DNA of 37,346 nucleotides from an uncultured bacterium (GTDB lineage Bacteria; UBA8481): NCBI GenBank assembly GCA_964499705.1, contig CAZCME010000008.1, positions 124,001 to 161,346 of the forward strand, read 5' to 3'. Shown piece by piece: positions 27,063 to 35,198 of this stretch (position 1 is its first letter; each line of letters starts with the position of its first letter). The notes under the pieces were generated by a model. It saw only the letters and a program-made list of their open reading frames with translations, ran no database searches and was not told where the DNA came from. The position numbers and the translations under genes were made by a program.

Positions 27063-27805
27063 GAAAGCTCCCGCATGCCTTCGGACCGCGCGATGAGATC
27101 CTGCCCGAAAGTCCGGCCGTCGGGATTGACGAGCGTGAAGGCGTTCCAGACGGGCGCGGGCGGATTCCACGTCGATTCGCCCGAGGCGAATCCATACCGC
27201 TGGAGCTGGAAAATGTTGGCGCAATGCATCAATCCCGCATCCTCCACGGCCTCGCGCACCCACGAATCCCGGCCGGGGCGGAGGCGCACGTTAAGGACAA
27301 GAAGCCTGCACCCGCCCAGTTCCTCGAAGAGATCGCGCAACATCTTCGTCATCTCGATGTGTCCCGGATCGTGCTCGATCAGGTGATGATTTATGGATAC
27401 CTTCAACGTGAGTGGTTCCCCCAGCCGCTCGATCCACGCCTGCATCCGCCTCAGGTCCCGCGGAATGACGACGCCGTTCGTGCAGATCACCAGGTGCGTG
27501 CACCTCGCATCTTCCCGCGCGAGAGCGACGTAACTCCAGAAGCCGGGATGGATCGTCGGCTCGCCACCCTCCAGCTGAAGTTGGTATTCCCGATCCTTTG
27601 GAAGCGAAGCGAGAAAGGTTTCCTCAGCGATCCACGCATCCCCCGCCGGCGACGAGCATGTGCTGCACCACGGGCAGGACCGGTTGCAGGAATTGGTGAG
27701 CGCGATGTAGACGCGATGATCCCGATCCGGAGTGGGATGATCGAGCGGAACGACCGGCATCATGTCCGCCCGGCTCGAACACTCCAGCAGGCCCGTGTCC
27801 TTCAT
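27059..27805 (-). CDS. Radical SAM protein (248 aa, short core)
   Basis: LTNSCNRSCPWC, EGGEPT.HP and CTNG motifs; ATGA overlap with the upstream gene. Confidence 0.85.
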   Translation of the reverse strand: MKDTGLLECSSRADMMPVVPLDHPTPDRDHRVYIALTNSCNRSCPWCSTCSSPAGDAWIAEETFLASLPKDREYQLQLEGGEPTIHPGFWSYVALAREDARCTHLVICTNGVVIPRDLRRMQAWIERLGEPLTLKVSINHHLIEHDPGHIEMTKMLRDLFEELGGCRLLVLNVRLRPGRDSWVREAVEDAGLMHCANIFQLQRYGFASGESTWNPPAPVWNAFTLVNPDGRTFGQDLIARSEGMRELS

Positions 27806-29178
27806 TCCTCCACCATCTCGCTGCGGTAAGGCACAGCCTTCCCCTCCGTGCGATCCCCCAATTTCGCATCGAACCGGATCTCCATCGGCGCGCTGCCGAG
27901 CAGCGTCATCATCGCCTTCCTTATTTCCTCCTTCGTCACGGAGGCATTCGGCACCTTCCTAAGGATGAGCTCGCACGTTCCGTCGGCATGCTGCGTGAAT
28001 TCGTGCAGGAGGAGCGGAAATTCGCGCAACAGTCTCGATATGTCGACGGTGCTGACCGGCGTTCCATCGCCAGATCGGAAGAGAATCGGAGGGCGCCCCT
28101 CGAGGTCGTAGATCCGGGGCATCGGATCGCCGCAGGCACATGGAGCGAAATCCATCCGTCCGAAATCGCCGGTCCGATACCGGAGCATCCTCATGAAGAC
28201 GTTGCGCCCTCCCGTGACCGCGATCTCGCCGAGTTCCCCGGGGGGAGCCGGCGTCCCGTCCGCGCGGACAACCTCCACGTGGATATCGTGCGGCAGCACA
28301 TGATAGCCGCGGCCCTTCGCGCACCCGTATCCGATCGGCCCGGTCTCCACGAGCGAATACCAGTCGATGACCGGCGCGTGGTAAGCGCGGGCGAGTCTTT
28401 TCTTCAATGTCGGGCTCAAGGCGACCGACGTGGTGATAAGCGCCCGGGGAGTTGTCTTGATCCCCATGCGAAGCATCTCGCTGAAGGAGATCGGATCGCC
28501 GGTCATGATCTCCGGATCCATCGCGGCGATGTACCGCGCGGCGCTTTTCTCCGACGGCCATTCGGTCGGGCGGATGTTCAACTTCGCGAATCCGGCGCCC
28601 TTCCAGTTCGAGAGCACCGCCGCGTACGTGTAAGTCCGGATCTGCGCGCCGATCAATAATGCCGCCACATCGAGCGGGCCCGCTTCGAGCTTGATCCCGT
28701 GATAGGCGAGCGCGGTTTCGATCATCGCTTCGTAAAAGCGGATCGCGACCGGATGATGCGGCACGGAAATGGGATGACCCGTCGTTCCGGCGGTGCGATA
28801 GATGACCAGCCGATCGAGCGGTTGGTCGTACGGTACGAACTTCCACGGCGCGACCGCGAGATCGGCGCGCGATGACGTCGGAATCCCCCCCCACGCTCCT
28901 CCCCTCGCGTCATTGTCCGCGAACCACGGGACACTCTCGCGCAGATCCTCGACCCATCGCAGGATGTCCTCGGACGGCTCGGGACCGCGCCGTCCTCGCC
29001 GCGTTCTCAAGGCGGCGCGATAGTGCCGCATGAGGGGCAGATCCTCCCGGCGCAACCGATCGCCCGTGGCGTAATTGAAGCGCGGCGCATCCGGATGTTC
29101 CGTCAATCGCTTCAGCATTTTCCAGCCGCTCGCCTTCAGGAGCGGCGTGCGTTCAGTGTACAGGGAAGGAAACTTCAT
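27802..29178 (-). CDS. Adenylate-forming enzyme, phenylacetate-CoA ligase (PaaK/CapK)-like family
   Basis: TAGTTGHP (A3), YSLVETG (A5), GELGEIAVT, RYRTGD (A7), C.CG and LEGR motifs. Confidence 0.8.
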   Translation of the reverse strand: MKFPSLYTERTPLLKASGWKMLKRLTEHPDAPRFNYATGDRLRREDLPLMRHYRAALRTRRGRRGPEPSEDILRWVEDLRESVPWFADNDARGGAWGGIPTSSRADLAVAPWKFVPYDQPLDRLVIYRTAGTTGHPISVPHHPVAIRFYEAMIETALAYHGIKLEAGPLDVAALLIGAQIRTYTYAAVLSNWKGAGFAKLNIRPTEWPSEKSAARYIAAMDPEIMTGDPISFSEMLRMGIKTTPRALITTSVALSPTLKKRLARAYHAPVIDWYSLVETGPIGYGCAKGRGYHVLPHDIHVEVVRADGTPAPPGELGEIAVTGGRNVFMRMLRYRTGDFGRMDFAPCACGDPMPRIYDLEGRPPILFRSGDGTPVSTVDISRLLREFPLLLHEFTQHADGTCELILRKVPNASVTKEEIRKAMMTLLGSAPMEIRFDAKLGDRTEGKAVPYRSEMVEE

Positions 29179-29768
29179 TCGCGCGACACCTTCGCCGCCG
29201 CTTCCTGCCTCGCCTTCTCCTTCATCGCTTCCATCACCTTGCGCGCATGCTCCATCGCCGCGCGTGTGTCCTGCAGGATCTTCTTCCGCTTGATGCTCGA
29301 GACGGTCGTCAGGCGATCCTCGGCCTGGACGTCCGATTCGCCCGCGGGGCGGAATCCGAGCGAGGCGAGGCAGAGCCGGGCGAGTTCTTCTCTCCGGTCG
29401 GGATCCGAAACAAATCGCTCGGCCTGCACAACCGGCGCGAGCGCTTCAAGTTCCTCGAGGAATTTCCGCGCCGGGGCCGCGAGCTTCCTATTGCGGAACC
29501 ACGGATCATCGAGAAGCCACGAAGCGATCAGGACGGTGCGCAGAAAATTCCGGAACCGCGATCTAGAAATGCTCGGCGGGCGCGAAACGAGCAGGGCGAT
29601 TCCTTCAGACCCCGGAGCATCGCCACCGAGGCTCGCGAGCAGATCGCAGGCAACGGCGGCAGTCGCGATACCCGGTCTTCCATCCAGCGCCGGTTCGGCG
29701 AGAAAATCGGACAGGCATTCCGACAAGCGGTGCGTGAGCGTCTCCAGCATCGGCCCAACCGCGGTCAT
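29175..29768 (-). CDS. Hypothetical helical protein (197 aa)
   Basis: ATGA overlaps at both ends; fills the gap in the operon exactly; C-terminal coiled-coil-like segment. Confidence 0.75.
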   Translation of the reverse strand: MTAVGPMLETLTHRLSECLSDFLAEPALDGRPGIATAAVACDLLASLGGDAPGSEGIALLVSRPPSISRSRFRNFLRTVLIASWLLDDPWFRNRKLAAPARKFLEELEALAPVVQAERFVSDPDRREELARLCLASLGFRPAGESDVQAEDRLTTVSSIKRKKILQDTRAAMEHARKVMEAMKEKARQEAAAKVSRE

Positions 29769-31534
29769 GCTGTCTCCTCCGAGCCGAACTTCTGCCGGCT
29801 GAAATCGCGCGCGAACGCGAGGATATCCTCCCACTCCGTCACGCCGTAGACACTCCAGCCCTGCGCCCGCATTCGCTCCACCTGCTTCTCGCCATCAAGG
29901 TTCATGTGCAGCACGAACGTTCCCCCTCCCCGCGCCTTCGCAAGCGCCTGCTCGGCGATGCGCCAGCCGTTCGCCGCTCCCAGCATCGCGAATATATCAT
30001 GATCGGTCACTATGAGGATATGAACCGGATTGTCGGTCGGCTTGCGTACTTCGAACGCGCGGGCGAGATGCGGAATGCCGAAGGCGTAACCTGTTCCGAG
30101 ATATCCGGTCAGCACTTTCAGGATTTCATCCTCGGAGCGGACAAATCCTTCGGTCTCGATGTGCGGCCCCTCGTGGCCGGAGAGGATCGCGCTGCACCGC
30201 GATCCCGCGCGCAGAGCCGAGAGCGTGATGACGGCGCCGGCCAGAACGGGATAGGAGAGGTAGTGCTTCGGGTTCGCCATCGATCCGGAGCAATCGATGC
30301 CGATGTACAGGTCGAGCGGCGCTCGGCCGGGATCCCGGCCGGGCGACGTGCCGTAAGTTCTTTCCACGGTCGTCAGTCCCGGAACGACATGCGGGCTATG
30401 GACGATCGTCTCCAGCCAGTCGATCTCCTCGATCGGATCGCCGACATCCCACGTCTCGACTCCCTCCGGCAGTGGATCCATCGATTGCGGCATTGTTTTC
30501 ACCGGGAAGGGAACGAGATGCGGCAGGGCCCGCTCGCGGTAATATTTCATCACGATCCTCTCGGGATCGAGCTTCACTCCCGCCGATTTCATCACCTCGG
30601 AATACTCGATGGGATCGCGGTATCTCTTTCGTGGCACGGTGTCGCCCTTCCGCGCGCGGCCCGCGGGCATCCTGCTCGCCACCTGCTCGTGTTCCCGCCC
30701 GGACTCTCTCCCCTCTTCTTCTCCCTCCGCTTCGCCTTCGCAGATTCCGGCGAGTTCCTCGTCCAGCGAGGGATGAATGACGGACGATTCCTCGTCATCG
30801 TCCGCTTCCGCGAGCCCGTCCGGCACGCCGCCCTTGCCGGCATCCTTCGTGTCATGCAACCGGCTCATGACGTTATGGATCGCCTGCGTTCCATCCGCGA
30901 TGAGATACGGCAGGCAGAGCGCGGCGAACCGCCCGCAGCCGTCCAGCCATTTTCCGGAATAGACTCGAATGAGCCGGGCGCCGAGCCCGGCGTCGAGTTC
31001 CAGCGTGTTGGCAATCGGGCCGGGCGCGAGATCGTTCTTCGGAAGACCCCAGAGGATTTCGTACATGCGCATGTAGAATCTCCAGAGGCTGTCGCTCGAC
31101 TTCACACCCAGCGTGCGATAGACGCCCGCCAGGTCCAGCGACTTGCTCCGCGCCAGCCGATCGTTGATCAGGAGATCCGTGTAGAGGTTGCCGACAAGTC
31201 CGGCGAGATGCTCCTTCGTGGGAAGGCCCGCGCGGATGCGCGCGATCGAGCGGGCGTGGTCGTTGAGATCGCCCGGACAGTACACGTGATGGCCGATCTC
31301 ATGCGCCATGATCTCCGTGCTGAAGCGTTCCAGCTTGAGTTCCTTCACCTGACGGAGACTGATGACGACCGCGTGATCCTCGAAGCGGATCATCGCAAAG
31401 CTCCCCGTCAAATCCTCGGCCTTCTCCTCCGCGGTCGTCGTGCACCAGCGTGGTTCCGAGAGGCGCGTGTATTTGCTCCAGGACTCCAGCGCCTTCGGCC
31501 AGTTCGCGAGCCAGCTCTTCTTCAGCGCCTCCAT
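29765..31534 (-). CDS. vWA-domain protein with N-terminal HEXXH metallopeptidase-like domain
   Basis: AHEIGHH, acidic linker, MIDAS IDCSGSM, GTG and ILIVTD. Confidence 0.8.
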   Translation of the reverse strand: MEALKKSWLANWPKALESWSKYTRLSEPRWCTTTAEEKAEDLTGSFAMIRFEDHAVVISLRQVKELKLERFSTEIMAHEIGHHVYCPGDLNDHARSIARIRAGLPTKEHLAGLVGNLYTDLLINDRLARSKSLDLAGVYRTLGVKSSDSLWRFYMRMYEILWGLPKNDLAPGPIANTLELDAGLGARLIRVYSGKWLDGCGRFAALCLPYLIADGTQAIHNVMSRLHDTKDAGKGGVPDGLAEADDDEESSVIHPSLDEELAGICEGEAEGEEEGRESGREHEQVASRMPAGRARKGDTVPRKRYRDPIEYSEVMKSAGVKLDPERIVMKYYRERALPHLVPFPVKTMPQSMDPLPEGVETWDVGDPIEEIDWLETIVHSPHVVPGLTTVERTYGTSPGRDPGRAPLDLYIGIDCSGSMANPKHYLSYPVLAGAVITLSALRAGSRCSAILSGHEGPHIETEGFVRSEDEILKVLTGYLGTGYAFGIPHLARAFEVRKPTDNPVHILIVTDHDIFAMLGAANGWRIAEQALAKARGGGTFVLHMNLDGEKQVERMRAQGWSVYGVTEWEDILAFARDFSRQKFGSEETA

Positions 31535-32514
31535 CAGGAAACAGCCAGCAAACGGATCGCGTGCGACCAGGAGACCGTCACCGCCAGCGTGACCCCGTCG
31601 TAGGCATGGCTCGTCGATCGCGCGAGATCCGGAAACTTCCCGTGGCTTGTTCCCAGGCGCAGGTCTCCGTCCGAGCCGAGCCGCACCCGAGGATCGGGTG
31701 TGAACGATCCCTCAACATAGGGAGTGCGAACCAGGAGGGAACCGAAGCGATCGGCGTGGATGATCCAGGTGTTCTCGCCGTCGAAGGCGAAGAGCCGGCC
31801 ATCCGAGGCGAAGACCTGGGGCGGAGCGATGAACAGTCCGCTACCAGGCAAGCCTGCGAAGCCGCGGAACGAGCCGAGGCGCGAAACGATCGCGAGCCCG
31901 CGAGCGCGGGATTTTTCCGACCGGTACCAGGGATTCCTGCGAAGCTCCCCGATCTGCTCCCAGTCGGTCAGCCCCAGCGCATGCAGCGCCAAGGCGCGAT
32001 CGACCCGGTCGACAGCTTCCAGCGCGGCGGACCGCTGATTCGCGGCGCCGACACGCCAGGCGGCGATTCTCCCGCAATCCAGGAATCGGTTCCTGTCCCG
32101 ATTTTCCATCTCGCCCATCAGCGAAATCCAGAGGGACGTGTCGGCGCCGAGAGATTCGAGAGTATGAAGCGCGTTTGAGACCTGCCCCGCGATCTCGGCA
32201 GGATGTTCCGCGAGGAGAAACGGAATGCGGGGAAGGATCGTCTTCCATCCCGCGTTGATCGCCTGTGTCCGGGCGCGGGGACCCGCGAGGTCGCGACCGA
32301 GGAGATTCAGCGAGATTTCGTAGAGCGCGTCGAGGACGGCCTCCGTCCGTTCGGGTCGCGCCGCAGCCGTCGCGTGGATGATGGGCGCGATCGTGTCACG
32401 GAGCCAGCCGGCGAAGAGGTCCGGTTCGATGTCGCCGCCCGCGCGCTTCGCCGCGGCGTATGCGGCGTTATACCGCGAGCGGCCTTTCTGCAGCGCTTCC
32501 TGGAACGCGGTCAC
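31534..32514 (-). CDS. Hypothetical protein (326 aa)
   Basis: GTG 32514 overlaps the ATPase stop; TGATG coupling to the vWA gene; helical N-half and beta-rich C-half (GSFRGF.G...F..PP.V). Confidence 0.75.
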   Translation of the reverse strand: MTAFQEALQKGRSRYNAAYAAAKRAGGDIEPDLFAGWLRDTIAPIIHATAAARPERTEAVLDALYEISLNLLGRDLAGPRARTQAINAGWKTILPRIPFLLAEHPAEIAGQVSNALHTLESLGADTSLWISLMGEMENRDRNRFLDCGRIAAWRVGAANQRSAALEAVDRVDRALALHALGLTDWEQIGELRRNPWYRSEKSRARGLAIVSRLGSFRGFAGLPGSGLFIAPPQVFASDGRLFAFDGENTWIIHADRFGSLLVRTPYVEGSFTPDPRVRLGSDGDLRLGTSHGKFPDLARSTSHAYDGVTLAVTVSWSHAIRLLAVS

Positions 32515-34097
32515 GCGCTCCTGAGCCAGGCGAGGTAGTTCGTGTATCGCTGGTGGAGATATTTCAACTTGAGGATATCGTCGTAGATCGGCCCGTACAG
32601 TTTCCGGCCTTTCGACAGGTCCCCGAGAATGCGCTCGATCGCGGAGAGCCGGTTTCGCACGTCCCGCTCGGGCAGTCCGTCGAGCCCCTTCTCGAACTCG
32701 ATCTCCAGCGCACGGACCGGATCGTCCTTGTCGCGGTTCAGGCGATCGTATTCCGCGCAGGAGAGATCGAAGAGCGAGCGGATCCATCCGATGCGGTCGA
32801 TGCGGAGCGCCGCGTTCTGAGCCGCCTCGAAGAAGGGCGAGTCGTGATCCGGGACGAGCTTGTCGTGCAGGACGAACGGGAGGATGTGGCGGGCATCGTC
32901 GAGGGAGACCTCGTCCTTCCCTCGAAAGTAGGCCAGGGCCTTCATGAAGATCATCGCCGTCATGAGCGTCCGGACCGAGAGCCCGTTCTTCGTCTGGTTG
33001 CCGATATCCTTCAGGCGATCCTTCCCGGTCTCGTTCTGCTTCACGATATGGGGATCGACGCCCGAGAGTTTCAGCGTGTCCTTCGTCCGATACTCGAACT
33101 GCTCCGCCGCGCCCTCGCAGAACTCGAACTGGCTGGCGAAGAATTCCAGGCGGCGACGCAGAGGATCGGGAAGGGCTACCTCGATGATCTCGCTGTTCAT
33201 GCGCGAGAGTTCCTCCTCCGTGAAGATGATCTCCCTCGGCACCACTTCCTCCGGCTTGATGCCGGCCTCGATCCGGTCCAGCAGTTCCTTCAGGAAACGC
33301 GGATTGAAGTGCAGCGCCTTGACGACGACATCGATCCGATCGCGCAAGGCCTCGATGACCTGGTACGTGCCGCCGCCCGCGTCGTCGTTGGCCGTCAGAA
33401 ACCACGCGGCGTCCGGACATTCATAGATATGGTCGAGGATCTCGGCGTAGTTGTCGGCCATGACCGTAAGGAGAGCGGATTGCGTGCGGGTCGGGATCCG
33501 GTTGTATTCGTCGATGATCTTGACGCGCATCCCGAGCCATTTTCTCCACGCGATCCGGATCTTGTCCATGCTCTCAGCCGCGATGAGGTCGGCCGGAAGA
33601 GGATTCCCCAGCAGATCCGTGATCGTCATCTGCGGCTGGCCATGCTGGATCGCGCGCTTGACATCGGAGATCGAATATCCGGCGAGAACTCCCATGAGAA
33701 TCGCGCTCGCGGTTTTCCCGCGGCCCGGACCCCCGACGAGAAGGCACCGCCGCCGCGTCGCGAGATTCAGCAGAGGCAGCAGGACGAAGCTGGAATAGCT
33801 CTGGTCCGACGGCAGTCTCAGCTCGCTCTTGGAGTCGCCAAACCGGAAGGACTGGCTCGGACCGTCGTTGAACTCGATGTCGTAGAAGGGACTGATGATC
33901 GCGTGATTGGCGATCCAGAAATAAGCCTTGCGGAGTTTTTCATCCAAAGGCGAGGACGATTCCGCGGCAACCGTTCCGGTCTCGACAGGCCCTCGATAGA
34001 GATCGGCGACGTCGAACGCGGGAGCACGCGCGGATTTCCGGGGCTTGGTGGGCGATTGGGAAAGTTTGAGGAACGATTCCAGAAATCCCTGGGCCAT
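32511..34097 (-). CDS. MoxR/RavA-like AAA+ ATPase
   Basis: Walker A GGPGRGKT, Walker B IIDEYNR, QSALL, TAN, ALRDR and SVR sensor. TAGGAT 6 nt before the ATG. Confidence 0.85.
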   Translation of the reverse strand: MAQGFLESFLKLSQSPTKPRKSARAPAFDVADLYRGPVETGTVAAESSSPLDEKLRKAYFWIANHAIISPFYDIEFNDGPSQSFRFGDSKSELRLPSDQSYSSFVLLPLLNLATRRRCLLVGGPGRGKTASAILMGVLAGYSISDVKRAIQHGQPQMTITDLLGNPLPADLIAAESMDKIRIAWRKWLGMRVKIIDEYNRIPTRTQSALLTVMADNYAEILDHIYECPDAAWFLTANDDAGGGTYQVIEALRDRIDVVVKALHFNPRFLKELLDRIEAGIKPEEVVPREIIFTEEELSRMNSEIIEVALPDPLRRRLEFFASQFEFCEGAAEQFEYRTKDTLKLSGVDPHIVKQNETGKDRLKDIGNQTKNGLSVRTLMTAMIFMKALAYFRGKDEVSLDDARHILPFVLHDKLVPDHDSPFFEAAQNAALRIDRIGWIRSLFDLSCAEYDRLNRDKDDPVRALEIEFEKGLDGLPERDVRNRLSAIERILGDLSKGRKLYGPIYDDILKLKYLHQRYTNYLAWLRSA

Positions 34098-34341
34098 GAC
34101 CGGATCCTACAAGAGCTGGAATCTACGCGCTACTGGGACGATTGAGTGGGGCGCTGGAACTTCCGGAGGCTATATCGGTTCCCGTGAAAGCGATGATCGA
34201 TTCCGCATATCCGCTCCGCCGTGGTGCGACGGGTTTCGAAGGGCGGCTGAGAGGGGAATCTCTGATGGTTTTGCTCCGCCGGCTTGTTTTTGAATTCCCA
34301 CGCTCCGCCTCATCATGCTAACCTCCCGGCGGAGGTATTCC

Positions 34342-35187
34342 ATGTCGAGTCTGATGTTTCTCTACGATCTTTCGGATTTCATGATGGGCACGGTGATCGT
34401 CGGCGCCTACCTGGTCGTGACGCTTTCTGCGTACGGTCTCTTTCACAGGATCTTCCCGCGCGAGTTCACCGACGAGGAGCAGGATCGCGCTCTCGGATTC
34501 TCGAACGTCGTCGCGACCGTCACCGGCCTGCTGCTCGCGTTTTCCGCGGTCTCCGTGTGGGATTCCTTCAGTTCCGCCTCCGACGCTGTCTCCCAGGAGG
34601 CCACGATCGCGGGCGAGCTTCAGCGCGACCTCGGGACGTACAATTCGCCGGAGAGCCTGAAGGTGCGCGAGTCCCTGCGCGATTACGTGAAGGTGGTCGT
34701 GAAGGACGAATGGCCCGCCATGGCGCGCGGGGAAGCCTCCCCTGAAGCATGGGAAAAATTCGATCACCTCTTCCACCTGGCCGCCCGGATCTATCCCGCC
34801 TCGCCGCGCGACGAGATCCTTCTCGGTGAAATCTGGGGCCGGCTCAACGAGATGGCCGGCTTGCGGCGGAGCCGGATCGAGACGAGCCAATCGGAGGTGC
34901 CGCTCTCGCTTTGGACCGTCGTCCTGATCGGCACCGCCATCTCGTTCGCGCTTACGTTCCCGCTCCCGATCAACCGCTTCAATGTCACGATGATCGGTTC
35001 CTTCGCCGTCGCGATGGGCCTGGTCTTCTATTTCATCATCGCCATGGATCATCCCTTCGCGGGATCGCAGAGCGTCAGCCCGGAACCGTTCCAATCATTC
35101 GAAGCGAATGCGGCCCGATGGGATGTGGAAGTCGAGCGGGAATCCGCGAACGATGCAGCGCCGGCCGCGGATACAAAGGCGCTATAG
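34342..35187 (+). CDS. DUF4239 / bestrophin-like membrane protein
   Basis: GGAGGT SD; LLLAF....VW, EA, L.DY...VV.DEWPAM, RRSR and MDHPFAG..SVSPEPF pattern; 4 TM segments. Confidence 0.75.
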   Translation: MSSLMFLYDLSDFMMGTVIVGAYLVVTLSAYGLFHRIFPREFTDEEQDRALGFSNVVATVTGLLLAFSAVSVWDSFSSASDAVSQEATIAGELQRDLGTYNSPESLKVRESLRDYVKVVVKDEWPAMARGEASPEAWEKFDHLFHLAARIYPASPRDEILLGEIWGRLNEMAGLRRSRIETSQSEVPLSLWTVVLIGTAISFALTFPLPINRFNVTMIGSFAVAMGLVFYFIIAMDHPFAGSQSVSPEPFQSFEANAARWDVEVERESANDAAPAADTKAL

Positions 35188-35198
35188 AGAGCGGATCG

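Noticed and set aside
32515-33420. N-terminal 300 aa of ORF 31534..33420
   Set aside because: Overlaps the AAA+ gene in another frame; GTG 32514 with stop/start coupling is the better start.
26025-34097. Reading the operon as phenylacetate catabolism or a RiPP cluster
   Set aside because: No other paa genes, precursor peptide, RRE/SPASM domain or exporter is visible.
34110-34330. Possible riboswitch (GGCTGAGAG) in the divergent intergenic region
   Set aside because: The other conserved TPP-riboswitch elements are missing, and no other riboswitch consensus was recognisable by eye; an Rfam scan would settle it.
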